Shown in pieces: positions 40,847 to 50,310 of a DNA stretch of 64,000 nucleotides. The number at the start of each line of letters is the position of its first letter. The first letter of the stretch is position 1. The position numbers and the translations under genes are program-made. Source of the stretch: Myxococcota bacterium (GTDB lineage: Bacteria > Myxococcota_A > UBA9042 > PHBI01 > JAWLBL01); contig JAWLBL010000004.1 of NCBI GenBank assembly GCA_041687695.1, forward strand, positions 128,001-192,000. Direction: 5' to 3'. The notes under the pieces were generated by a model. It made no database searches and had not been told where the DNA came from. It saw only the letters and a program-made list of their open reading frames with translations.

Positions 40847-43282
40847 TCAGCGGGCCTTTCGGCGCACTTCGACCTTGTCCAGGGCCAGCTCGCCCACATC
40901 GCCGTACCACAGCCGGAACTCGAAGCCGCGCTCGCCGCCGGTGACCGTGAAGGGCAGGGTGAGCTCGCGCCAGCCGTCGCCCGCGGCGGTCAGCTCGGCG
41001 ACGGTGGCCTCGACCTCGGCCTGTAGCCCGCCGCGCTGGGCCATCACGTCGAAGGTCAGGGCGTGGGTCTCGGGCGAGGGGGCCAAGAGGCCGGCCTGCC
41101 GATACCGCAGGCGGGCGACGGCCTCGTACTCGCCGGGCGACAGGCGCGCGTAGGGGCCGAACAGGAGGTGCCCGGGGCCGCGGCGGTCGCTGGGGCCGAC
41201 CTCGACGTAGGCGCCGTTGGAGGCCTCGGGGTCCCCCCCAGTGTCATGAACGGCGCGAGAGCGGAAGGCGGTCTGCTCGCTCAGCTCGGCCTCGACGACC
41301 GGCTGGTCCAGCATCGCGTCCAGGGTGGCGCGCTGCTGGCGGACCTCGGCGGGCGCGAGCGGCTCGGGGCCGCGGGACAGCAGGACCAGGCCGTCCTCCG
41401 CGGCCTCGAGGCGCCAGCCGGGGCGGGACAGGGTCTGGCGCAGGCGGCTCTGGACCTGCTCGTAGCTGGTGGGCCAGGTGGGGCGCTGCAGATCGACCAG
41501 CACCCAGTCGGCGCGGTCGAGGGCGTAGGGGAACATGGCCACGTCGCGGCCGGGCTGCAGGTGTACGGCCAGGTAGCCGGTGGCCGACACGCGGGCGCCC
41601 GCGGGGATGCGCTCCATCAGCGCCTCGGCCTTCAGCTGGTGGGGCGTGCGCACCCAGGCCTGGTGGCTCTGGTGCGAGGCGGCGACGCTGGAGGGGTGCC
41701 ACAGGCCGGTCACCACGACGGTGGCGGCGACGGCGAAGGCCAGGCGCGAGGGGGCGAAGCGGGCGTCCGGGGCCGCGGCGGCGGGCCGGGCGAGCAGGCG
41801 CCGGGCGCCCTCGACGGCGGCGATGGCGCCGAAGGGGATGACCACGGCGCCGTAGTAGAAGCCGAAGTGGGACATGCGGCCCGGGTCGGCCAGCAGCATC
41901 TCGAGGGCGGGGACCAGCAGCAGCAGGCGCCAGCCGCCGAAGAGGGCCAGGGCCCCGAAGGGCAGCACCAGGGCCATCACGCTGACCAGGCGCCCGCCGG
42001 TGAAGAGGTGCTGGACCACGTAGGCGGGGTTGAGCAGCAGGGTCGACAGCAGGCCGCCGAAGCTGCCGCCCAGGTGCGAGTAGCGGCCCAGGAAGTGGTA
42101 GCCCTCGGTCGCGCCGGTGGTCGAGAAGAACGCCGGGTCGTGGGGCTGGCGCAGGGCGGGCAGCACCAGCCCCAGGACCAGCGCGGCCTGGGCGAGGCCG
42201 ACCACGACCAGCGCGGCGCCCAGGGCGCGGCGGCGCTCGAAGAGGAAGGCCCAGGCGCCGATGGCCGAGGTGTAGATGAAGGTGTCTTCCTTGGTGCACC
42301 ACAGGCCGACGGCGCAGACCCAGACCCAGGCGGTGCGGCGGCGCTCGAGCGCCAGCATCAGCCCGAAGAGCAGCGGCGGCTCGAGCATGTCCATGTGGAA
42401 GTCGTAGACCGCCGCCTGCTGGACGTAGGGGTTCCAGACGTAGGCCAGCATCAGCGCGGCCGACAGCAGGCCGTGGCCGGTGCGGGCGCGGGCCCACAGG
42501 AACAGGAGGTAGCCGCCGCCGGCGATGGCCGCCGCCTGCACCGCCAGCAGCGTCACCGGGCTGGGGGCCAGCTTCATCAGCGGCCACAGCAGGGCCAGGA
42601 TGGGCGAGAAGTGCTCGCCCAGAAAGCTCTGCCCCAGGGTGGGGGCGTACAGCAGCTGGCCTTCAGCGTTGTCGTAAAGCTCGTAGAACAGCCCCAGGTC
42701 GATGAGGCTCGACCAGTGCGCGCGGTGGCGCTGCAGGGCCATCACGAACAGGATGGCGCCCGACACCGCGGCCGCCAGCAGGGCCAGCCGGCGCTCGGCC
42801 CGCTCGGTGCGCTCGCTCGGCTCGGGCGCCGAATCGCGGGCCAGCAGCGGCCAGGCCCGCCAGGCGACCACCCCGACCAGCGCCGCGCCCAGCAGCGCCC
42901 GCCCAGCCGGCTCGTCGAACCACAGGACCGGCATCAGGAGGCCCAGCGGCCACACGGCCTGGGCGGCCCGCCACAGCGCCGGCCGCGGCCCCGGCGTCCG
43001 CCAGCCGGCGCGGGTGGCGACCAGCAGCGCGGCGCCCACCACCCCCAGCAGCGCGACCGGCAGGCTCTGCAACAGCAAGCCGATGGCGTAGCGGTCCCGC
43101 GCCAGCTGCCGGATCTGCGCGTCGGCCGCCCCCTCGTCCCACAGCCGGAAGGTCAGAAAGACCGCCACCCCGTAGGCCGCCGCCAGCAGCAGCCCCACGG
43201 CGGCCAGATTCCAGACCCAGGCCCGCCCCGCCCCGGCCTCGGGCGGCGCCTCGTGCTCTCGGATGGGCTCCAGCGCGTGCAT
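40847..43282 (-). CDS. DUF2079-like polytopic membrane protein (GT-C-like) with C-terminal soluble domain
   Basis: DLGLF, FLGEHFSPIL, YDFH and KED motifs; many TM helices. Confidence 0.8.
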   Translation of the reverse strand: MHALEPIREHEAPPEAGAGRAWVWNLAAVGLLLAAAYGVAVFLTFRLWDEGAADAQIRQLARDRYAIGLLLQSLPVALLGVVGAALLVATRAGWRTPGPRPALWRAAQAVWPLGLLMPVLWFDEPAGRALLGAALVGVVAWRAWPLLARDSAPEPSERTERAERRLALLAAAVSGAILFVMALQRHRAHWSSLIDLGLFYELYDNAEGQLLYAPTLGQSFLGEHFSPILALLWPLMKLAPSPVTLLAVQAAAIAGGGYLLFLWARARTGHGLLSAALMLAYVWNPYVQQAAVYDFHMDMLEPPLLFGLMLALERRRTAWVWVCAVGLWCTKEDTFIYTSAIGAWAFLFERRRALGAALVVVGLAQAALVLGLVLPALRQPHDPAFFSTTGATEGYHFLGRYSHLGGSFGGLLSTLLLNPAYVVQHLFTGGRLVSVMALVLPFGALALFGGWRLLLLVPALEMLLADPGRMSHFGFYYGAVVIPFGAIAAVEGARRLLARPAAAAPDARFAPSRLAFAVAATVVVTGLWHPSSVAASHQSHQAWVRTPHQLKAEALMERIPAGARVSATGYLAVHLQPGRDVAMFPYALDRADWVLVDLQRPTWPTSYEQVQSRLRQTLSRPGWRLEAAEDGLVLLSRGPEPLAPAEVRQQRATLDAMLDQPVVEAELSEQTAFRSRAVHDTGGDPEASNGAYVEVGPSDRRGPGHLLFGPYARLSPGEYEAVARLRYRQAGLLAPSPETHALTFDVMAQRGGLQAEVEATVAELTAAGDGWRELTLPFTVTGGERGFEFRLWYGDVGELALDKVEVRRKAR

Positions 43283-43414
43283 CGCGCGCTAACTAGCAGA
43301 GCCTTCGGCAAAAGTCGCCACCCCGTCCGCCCGATCGGACGTCGCGGCGCCGAGTGTCCGACGCGACCCGACCCAGGTCGCCCCGGGTCGGTCAGCGGCC
43401 AGCGTCGCCCGCGG

Positions 43415-46400
43415 CTACGGCTGGATGCCGCCAGGCTGGGCGCAGGGAAGCTGGACGACGACGAGCTGGCTGGAGTCCCGGGTGACGGCGTGAAGGTCCG
43501 GGCCGAGCGCAACGGCGAAGTTGGTGGCCAGGAGCGAGTCGCTCGAGGACAGGAGGCTCTTGGGCGTCTGGGGGGCACCGAGGTCGAGGACCTCGTAGCC
43601 GCTGGGGCCGGTCAGTAGCGCCAGGGGCGGCGTGAGGAACAGCTGCGTCAGGTCGTCCCCGAAGGCCGCCTGAGTGCCGACCACCTTCAGGCTCGCGGGG
43701 TTGGACAGGTCGACCACATCGAGGCGCGTGACGAGGCTGGGATCGGCGCCGTGGGGACCGGCGAGCACGTAGGCCTTGCCGCCCCAGACGCCCATGCGGT
43801 CGGCGCCCAGGATCTGCAGGTTGCCCACCGTGGGCGGAATGCCGCTGAAGGCCGTGTCGTCGAGGACGAAGAGGTTGCCGTAGGACAGCAGGTAGATGAG
43901 GTCCCCCACGATCGCCATGCTCTGCGCGCCCGAGGCATTGATCTTCACGGGCGAGGAGAACGAGCCCGACTTCAGCCGGAACAGCGACACCTGCCCGCCG
44001 TGCGAGACCACGACGCGATCCCCGGCGGCGGTGAAGTCGAAGGCGACACCATGCCCCGAGGACCACGACAGGCCGGCCTCCAGCTGGACCGGGGCGCTGG
44101 GGTCGGAGACGTCGTAGCGGCGGACCTGGGGCTTGTCGAGGGGGTATTGGCTGCCGTTCCAGGGGCCTTTGGACTGGTACAGGGTCCACAGCTCGTCGCC
44201 TTCCCAGTGGAGCGCGGCGCGTTCGTTGATGTGGTTCTGCGCCAGAGACCCCATCGCCAGGCTGCCGACCAGCACCGGCGCAGCGGGGTCCGCCAAGGAC
44301 CAGATCTGCGCCACGGGCGCCGACGAGTCGCCGCAAGGCACGGCGACGAGGTCGCCCTTCCTCACCGGGCCGGAGTACGTCGACTTGGCGTAGCACAGGG
44401 ACGCGACCACCGCCTCGGCGCGCACGTCGGTCTGGCCGTCGCAGTCGTTGTCCTTGCCGTCGCAGCGCTCGGCGGCGCCGACGCCGATGGCGGGGTCGCC
44501 CAGCGAGCCGCAGGCGATGCAGGCGTCGTCGACGCTGCAGGCCTGGCCGGGCTGGCAGCCGCAGGTCTTGCCGACGCAGCCGTCGGGGCAGGGCTCGGTC
44601 GCGCACAGGTGCTCGGCGCAGTAGGGCGCGACCGAGGGGCAGGCGCCGCACGAGCCGCCGCAGCCGTCGTCGCCGCACTCCTTACCCGCGCAGTCGGGGA
44701 CGCAGCAGGTCTGGTCCTCCATGCAGGGCAGGCCCCCCGCGCAGGTGCCGCAGGAGCCGCCGCAGCCGTCGTCGCCGCACGCCTTGCCGGAGCACTTGGG
44801 GGAGCAGCAGGCGCGCTCGCTGCAGACCTGGCCGGCATCGCAGCCGCACTTCTGGCCCTCGCAGATCGCGGGGCAGGGGTCGCAGGCGCCGTCGACGCAG
44901 ACGAGACCAGCGGCGCAGGCGCACTGCTGGCCCTCGCAGCCGGCGGGGCACTCGGTCAGGGCGCACTGGCCGGCCACGCAGAACGGCGCCGCGCCCGGGC
45001 AGGCGCCGCAGGAGCCCCCGCAGCCGTCGTCGCCGCAGTCCTTGCCGTCGCACTTGGGGTCGCAGGTCGCCTCGCACACCCCGTCGAGGCAGTACGGCGC
45101 CGCCCCGCCGCAGGTCCCGCAGGTGCCGCCGCAGCCATCGGGGCCGCAGGTCTTGCCGTCGCACTGGGGCATGCACTGGCACTGCCCCGCGACGCACCCG
45201 AGGTCGCCCGGGCACTCGCCGCAGGAGCCGCCGCAGCCGTCGTCGCCGCAGGCCTTGCCGGCGCAGCTGGGCGTGCACTGGTCGCAGGCCTCGCCCGACC
45301 AGGGCGGCGCGCACTGCTCGCAGGTCGGGCCGGTGAACTTGGGGTCGGCGCATTGCGTGCAGCCGGGGCCGGTGAACTTCGCGCTGCAGGTCGTCTTGCA
45401 GTCGGGCAGGGCGAACCTGGGGTCGGTGCACTCGGCGCAGTCGTCGCCCTCGAACCCTGCGGCGCACTGGTCGCACTCGGGGCCGGTGAAGCGCTCGCTG
45501 GCGCACGCCTGGCAGTCGGGGCCGGTGAACCTGGCGGCGCAGCCCAGGCAGTCGGGCAGCGCGTAGTGGTCGTTGGGGCACACGCAGGCGAGCGCCTCGG
45601 TGCACAGGCCGGCGCCGGCGCAGCCGCCGCACAGCAGGCCGCCGCAGTCCAGCCCGTCGCAGGCGGTGGCGAAGGCCTGGGCGCTGCAGCTCGCGCCCGG
45701 CTGGTCGAAGGTGCTGGCGTCGAAGGAGATGGGCGCCGACGAGCCGGTCGCCCCCTTGACCTGGACCGTCAGCTCGTGGGTCCCGGCGAGCTTGGGCGAG
45801 CAGTAGCCCAGGACGTACACGCGCTGTTGCAGCAGCTTGATGCGCTGGGCGAGCGTGGCGAAGACGTTCGAGAGTTGGTCGGCCGTCTCGGCCAGGCCCC
45901 AGCCGCTCTTGCCGAGGCTCGAGAGCACGTCGGTGTTCAGCTCGCCGCCGAGGGCCACGAGCATCACGTCGTCGGCGGTGGCCTGGACGGCGCTCTGGGC
46001 CTGAGCGAGCGTCGCCACGGCGGCCTGATCGGAGCCGTCGGTGAACAGGATGACCTGCCCCAGGGTCAGGACGCCGTCGCGCATGGCCGAGCGGCGCTGG
46101 GTCTGCGCCTGTTCGCTTGCGTCGATGGCGCTGACGAGCGCGCCGTACAGGTTGGTGGTGTTGGAGCCCGTCTCGTCGGTGAGCAGGGCGTCCAGCGCGG
46201 CCTTCACCTCGCTGGGGTCGCTCGTGAAGTCCTGCTGCACGGCGTAGGCTTTGCTGAAGAAGGCCACGCGCATGCGGACGCCACCGGAGTCGCCGGCGAA
46301 GACGGAGTCGACCAGGGCCTTGGCGGCCTCGACCGACTCGGCCAGCGCGCCGGAGGCGGCCACCGAGGGGGAGTTGTCCATCACCAGCGAGACGAAGACC

Positions 46401-46945
46401 TCGGTGCGGCGATCGTTGAAGATGCGGGCGGCGCTCTCGAAGACCGAGATCGGCTGGCCGTCCTCGAAGATCTCGAAGTCCGCGCGCTCGTCGTCGAGGC
46501 GCAGGCCTACGACGGGCTGGGGCAGCTCGCCCGGCGAGGCGCAGCGGTCGACCGCGAAGGCCGTCAGGATCGACGCCGGCAGCGGCGTGTTGGTCTGAAC
46601 GGGACGGAGCTGGCGGAACTGCACGCAGTCGAGGTCGTCGAGCGAGGTGCGGCAAGCTCCGGCGTCGCAGACGAGGCCCAGCGCCGTGCAGTCGATGGAC
46701 TCCTCGATGCCACCGGCCATGCAGGTGACGGCGACCTGCCCCTCGCAGCGCGAGTCGGTCCCGCTGCAGGCGCCGGCCCCGTCATCGGGCGGCTTGCCTT
46801 CGTCCTCGGCCGCGTCGCCCGCGTCGGCGTCGATCACCGGCGTCGCCCCGGTCGGATCGTCGCCGCAGCCTGCGATGGCGAGCGCGACCGCGAAGGTGGA
46901 CGACAGGGCCGCGGCTTTGGCCGCTTGGAGCAGATCTCGGCGCAT
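43415..46945 (-). CDS. Large lipoprotein: VWA + laminin-EGF-like + CGDDGCGGSC repeats + LVIVD-like propeller
   Basis: IAGC lipobox; DNSPS/T/TDG MIDAS residues; FTGPxC repeats; CGxDGCGGxCGxC repeats; DVSDPSAP and DLSNPAS. Confidence 0.85.
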   Translation of the reverse strand: MRRDLLQAAKAAALSSTFAVALAIAGCGDDPTGATPVIDADAGDAAEDEGKPPDDGAGACSGTDSRCEGQVAVTCMAGGIEESIDCTALGLVCDAGACRTSLDDLDCVQFRQLRPVQTNTPLPASILTAFAVDRCASPGELPQPVVGLRLDDERADFEIFEDGQPISVFESAARIFNDRRTEVFVSLVMDNSPSVAASGALAESVEAAKALVDSVFAGDSGGVRMRVAFFSKAYAVQQDFTSDPSEVKAALDALLTDETGSNTTNLYGALVSAIDASEQAQTQRRSAMRDGVLTLGQVILFTDGSDQAAVATLAQAQSAVQATADDVMLVALGGELNTDVLSSLGKSGWGLAETADQLSNVFATLAQRIKLLQQRVYVLGYCSPKLAGTHELTVQVKGATGSSAPISFDASTFDQPGASCSAQAFATACDGLDCGGLLCGGCAGAGLCTEALACVCPNDHYALPDCLGCAARFTGPDCQACASERFTGPECDQCAAGFEGDDCAECTDPRFALPDCKTTCSAKFTGPGCTQCADPKFTGPTCEQCAPPWSGEACDQCTPSCAGKACGDDGCGGSCGECPGDLGCVAGQCQCMPQCDGKTCGPDGCGGTCGTCGGAAPYCLDGVCEATCDPKCDGKDCGDDGCGGSCGACPGAAPFCVAGQCALTECPAGCEGQQCACAAGLVCVDGACDPCPAICEGQKCGCDAGQVCSERACCSPKCSGKACGDDGCGGSCGTCAGGLPCMEDQTCCVPDCAGKECGDDGCGGSCGACPSVAPYCAEHLCATEPCPDGCVGKTCGCQPGQACSVDDACIACGSLGDPAIGVGAAERCDGKDNDCDGQTDVRAEAVVASLCYAKSTYSGPVRKGDLVAVPCGDSSAPVAQIWSLADPAAPVLVGSLAMGSLAQNHINERAALHWEGDELWTLYQSKGPWNGSQYPLDKPQVRRYDVSDPSAPVQLEAGLSWSSGHGVAFDFTAAGDRVVVSHGGQVSLFRLKSGSFSSPVKINASGAQSMAIVGDLIYLLSYGNLFVLDDTAFSGIPPTVGNLQILGADRMGVWGGKAYVLAGPHGADPSLVTRLDVVDLSNPASLKVVGTQAAFGDDLTQLFLTPPLALLTGPSGYEVLDLGAPQTPKSLLSSSDSLLATNFAVALGPDLHAVTRDSSQLVVVQLPCAQPGGIQP

Positions 46946-47116
46946 GGTGCAGATCCCCGTGGGCGCGGATGCGGAGCCGAGGAAGGTTAGGGCAGCCGCC
47001 TCCCGCGCCGCAAGGGGGCCGAGGCGCCCGGAGCCGGCGGCGTCGTCGCGGGTGGCCATGGGCTGGTCGGCGGCGGTCCGGCCGGCTATCGTCGGCGCCC
47101 GACTCGGAGGTCAGTC

Positions 47117-47938
47117 ATGCCCGCCCTGCCCGCGGTGAACGCGCCGGCCCTCATCCGTGACCGCAACCCCGTCCTGCTGGGGGTGGTGCATCTTCCGGCG
47201 CTGCCGGGCAGCCCCCGATACGCCGGGGGCGGCGTGGGGGCGGTGGTCGAGCACGCGCTGCGGGACGCCGAGGCGCTGCTCGAGGCCGGCTTCGACGGCT
47301 ACGTGGTCGAGAACTTCGGCGACGCGCCCTTCTTCGCGGGATCGGTGCCGCCGCACACGCTGACCATGATGACGCGGGTGCTGGGGGCGCTGCCGCGCGG
47401 CAACGCGCTGGTCGGCGTGAACGTGCTGCGCAACGACGCGATGGGGGCGCTGGCCATCGCGGCGGCCATGGAGCTGGACTTCATCCGGGTGAACGTGCTG
47501 GTCGGCGCGGCGGTGACCGACCAGGGCGTCATCGAGGGGCAGGCGGCGACGGTGATGCGGCAGCGGCAGCGCCTGGCGCCCAATGTGGCGGTGCTGGCGG
47601 ACGTGGACGTCAAGCACGCGAGCCCGCTGGGGCGCGACTACGATCTCACCGAGGCGGCCGAGGAGACGGCCTACCGGGGCCTCGCCGACGGGCTCATCGT
47701 CACCGGCAAGGCGACGGGGAAGGCGGCCAGCCTGGGGGATCTCGAGGCGGTGCGGCGCGTGGTGCCCGACCGGCCGCTGCTCGTCGGCAGCGGCGCGACG
47801 GCCGACACGCTGCCGTCGCTGCTGCGCCTGGCGACCGGCGCCATCGTGGGCACGGCGACCAAGAGGGACGGCCGCGTCTCCGAGCCGGTCGATCCGGCGC
47901 GCGCGCGCGCCATCGTCGAGGCGGTGCGCGGGGCGTGA
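47117..47938 (+). CDS. BtpA/SgcQ family protein
   Basis: GVVHLPALPGSP, VENFGDAPF, GVNVLRND, DVDVKHA, VTG.ATG and VGSG motifs; GGAGG SD. Confidence 0.92.
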   Translation: MPALPAVNAPALIRDRNPVLLGVVHLPALPGSPRYAGGGVGAVVEHALRDAEALLEAGFDGYVVENFGDAPFFAGSVPPHTLTMMTRVLGALPRGNALVGVNVLRNDAMGALAIAAAMELDFIRVNVLVGAAVTDQGVIEGQAATVMRQRQRLAPNVAVLADVDVKHASPLGRDYDLTEAAEETAYRGLADGLIVTGKATGKAASLGDLEAVRRVVPDRPLLVGSGATADTLPSLLRLATGAIVGTATKRDGRVSEPVDPARARAIVEAVRGA

Positions 47939-48015
47939 GGCGCCCCGCTCAGGGCTTCGGCGCCTGCCGGGACGCGCACGGATGATCTCGACCGAGGGGG
48001 CGCGGCGCTTGAACC

Positions 48016-48222
48016 TCAGCGCCGCGCCGCCGCGGTCGGGTTTTCACGCTCGGCCCGCGCGAGGTAGGCGTCGATCGCGGCATCGACCTGACGTCCGACA
48101 TCGGGAGTGGGCTGCCTGACCGGCTCGGTGATGACCCGCTGCAGCCCCGAGGGCTGGGCGCGCATCATGATGTAGTCCTCGATGCGCTGGGCGTCGCTCT
48201 TGGGGTTCGTCTCGTCGTTCAT
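48016..48222 (-). CDS. Small hypothetical protein coupled to the SIR2 gene
   Basis: ATGA overlap (48219-48222) and GAGGTG SD-like motif; 68 aa. Confidence 0.6.
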   Translation of the reverse strand: MNDETNPKSDAQRIEDYIMMRAQPSGLQRVITEPVRQPTPDVGRQVDAAIDAYLARAERENPTAAARR

Positions 48223-49856
48223 GAGTCACCTCTCGTCTCGGCGCCGACTCGCAGGAGCGCGGGGCGCTCAGGGAACAGGATGCGCCGAGCCGCGCGTCGC
48301 AAGGTGCGCTTGAGCTCGAGCATCATGATCGCCACCTCCTGTGAGGTCAATCCAGCGTCGCGGCGCCAGAACGGCAGCCGCGCGCTCGACGTGACGTTCA
48401 CGACGGCCACCGGCAGCCAGTCGGGTCCATCCAGAATGGCCGTCGAGAACACGGACTTCCAGTCGCGGTATCCCGAGGGGCCCTGAACCCAGAGCCGCTT
48501 CATCTCGGGCGTGAAGTTCGCGTCGATCCCTGCCTGGTTGTTCACGACGCCCCATGTCCCGCCTTCGGTGAAGACCTTGCCCGCGACGCCCTGCGTCACA
48601 CCTCGGCCCACTCCAAAGGTCCGCTCACGGGCGTGGCGCTCCGCGTCGAAGCCGTCTTCTTGGCTCCGAGTGCTGGAGACCTTGCAGAGCACCGTTCGAC
48701 TGGGTGTCTCGTCGGTGGCCGGCAGCATGACAGGGAGACAAAGGGACAGCTCGATCTGTTCCTCGCTGGGCATCTCGAAGTGAACCCGCAGGTACGTCTG
48801 CATGGCCCGGAGGATGTTGTGAGTGCGCGCCTGCCACACCTGCGTGAAGACCTCATCGCGAGTCGCCTCGGCCACCCAGCGCGACGCGGCCTGCATCCAG
48901 CGCGGGTCCTCTCCCGGACCGGCGTCACCAAACCGGATTTGACGCAGGACGTTCGGTATCTCCTCGAACTCCCGCACCGGGACGACGTACACGCCCAGCT
49001 GGGACCAGTAGGCGTCGAGCTCCTTGAAGGCGGCCTCGTCGGCACACCTCAGCACCACGAAGACCCTCCCTTGCCGCAGCTCAGGCCGCCGCTTGTAGAG
49101 CAAACGCTTGAGGTTCGGATCGCTGAGGCTCAAGCCGACGACCAGGAGCTCACCCTCGAGCAGCTGGTCCAGCGTCCGGTTGATGGGGGCGTTCGGTTCG
49201 GCGGCGAGGGCCTGGTAGTGCGACTCGGTCAGGATGAGTGGACCTCGGTGGCTCGGCATCCCGGGAGGCAGCTGGTGGTCATCGAGCCACTCGACCCAGC
49301 CATGGACGTGGTCGACTCGGAGCTCCGACGACGGGCTCTGAGGGCGCGCCGGGTCCGTCGGTCTCCGGTAGGCTTCGTAGTGCGCCCGGAAGTCCCCACG
49401 CGTAGCCGGATCGAGATAGGCCAGCGCCATCTCCAGCAGCGGGTCGTAGTTCAGCGTATGGAGCACGCGGCCCTTGGCCTTGGCGGCCATCGCCGCCAGC
49501 TCCATGTGCGTGGCGTTCGGCTTGACGTGTTCACGCGTGAAGGCTCCGTACAGAGCCTTGGACAGCAGCCGTGGGAACGCGTCGTCCCGAGTTCCGCGGT
49601 AGACCAGGTCGGCGGCGACGTCGCGAGTGAGCGTGCCATAGAGCGTCGCCGCCTTCCTGGCGCTGCGTTGGCGTGAGTCGATGTCACCTGGAGCGACGCC
49701 GAGCAAGCAGTACTCGGAGACGAGGCGACGACACAATTCGTCCCAGTCCGGCAGACCGACCGCGATGGAGGGGCCCGCGCCGACGAGGACGTCGAGGCTC
49801 TCGGCCTCATAGAGCTCGTGAAGCCGCGAGATGCGTTCGTCGCGCGTCGACAGCAT
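48219..49856 (-). CDS. SIR2-like (SIR2_2) domain protein with C-terminal GAF-like domain
   Basis: VGAGPS..VGLPDW, TLNYD, HVHG and VVGLSLSDPNL motifs; C-terminal QGVAGKVF...SVFSTAI...VAVVNVTS. Confidence 0.85.
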   Translation of the reverse strand: MLSTRDERISRLHELYEAESLDVLVGAGPSIAVGLPDWDELCRRLVSEYCLLGVAPGDIDSRQRSARKAATLYGTLTRDVAADLVYRGTRDDAFPRLLSKALYGAFTREHVKPNATHMELAAMAAKAKGRVLHTLNYDPLLEMALAYLDPATRGDFRAHYEAYRRPTDPARPQSPSSELRVDHVHGWVEWLDDHQLPPGMPSHRGPLILTESHYQALAAEPNAPINRTLDQLLEGELLVVGLSLSDPNLKRLLYKRRPELRQGRVFVVLRCADEAAFKELDAYWSQLGVYVVPVREFEEIPNVLRQIRFGDAGPGEDPRWMQAASRWVAEATRDEVFTQVWQARTHNILRAMQTYLRVHFEMPSEEQIELSLCLPVMLPATDETPSRTVLCKVSSTRSQEDGFDAERHARERTFGVGRGVTQGVAGKVFTEGGTWGVVNNQAGIDANFTPEMKRLWVQGPSGYRDWKSVFSTAILDGPDWLPVAVVNVTSSARLPFWRRDAGLTSQEVAIMMLELKRTLRRAARRILFPERPALLRVGAETRGDS

Positions 49857-49969
49857 GTGTCCGCCTCATGTCACGGTTCAGCCGGATTGTGCAGCGTGGA
49901 ACGAGTCCAGCACATCTCGACAGACCGGACAAGTGGGCCCGAGCGCCTCGCGACGTGGGCTGAGGGCCC

Positions 49970-50278
49970 TCAGTCCCAGCCGTGCAGCCAGCGGGTCGGG
50001 GCCTCGGAGACGCTGCGCAGCTGGACCGGGGTGCCGCCGGGCAGGGCCAGCTCGTCGCCGGGGCCCAGGACGCAGCGGTCGTCGCCGCAGGTCACCTCGA
50101 GCAGGCCCTCGAGCACCGTCAGCACCTCGGCGCCATGGCCGTGGCGGTCGAGATCGGGGCGCAGGCGGCCGGGCGGGTCGACGTTCACCGAGACGCAGTA
50201 GCCGCGCGCCGCGAAGTCGCGGGCGATGGAGGGCGTGTCGGCGGGGCGGGAGAACTTCTTGCGGTGCACGCGGCGCAT
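49970..50278 (-). CDS. Cupin domain protein
   Basis: H.HGAEVLTVLEG...LGPGDELALPGG motif; AAGGAGG SD. Confidence 0.8.
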   Translation of the reverse strand: MRRVHRKKFSRPADTPSIARDFAARGYCVSVNVDPPGRLRPDLDRHGHGAEVLTVLEGLLEVTCGDDRCVLGPGDELALPGGTPVQLRSVSEAPTRWLHGWD

Positions 50279-50310
50279 CGGGACCTCCTTCGCGGGGCGG
50301 GACGGAGCCG

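Noticed and set aside
19614..43359. GAGTGTCC found in three intergenic regions (19614, 33303 reverse, 43352)
   Set aside because: An 8-mer with inconsistent flanks; cannot be separated from chance without a genome-wide count.
44500..45560. Regularly recurring DNA repeats (ccgcagccgtcgtcgccgca) as a possible CRISPR or VNTR
   Set aside because: They encode in-frame CGDDGCGG protein repeats with irregular spacing; no cas genes are present.
47930..49975. Target-site duplication or att sites around the SIR2 cassette
   Set aside because: Only loose similarity (gggcgtgagg versus gggctgaggg); no integrase or transposase, so no mobile element is called.
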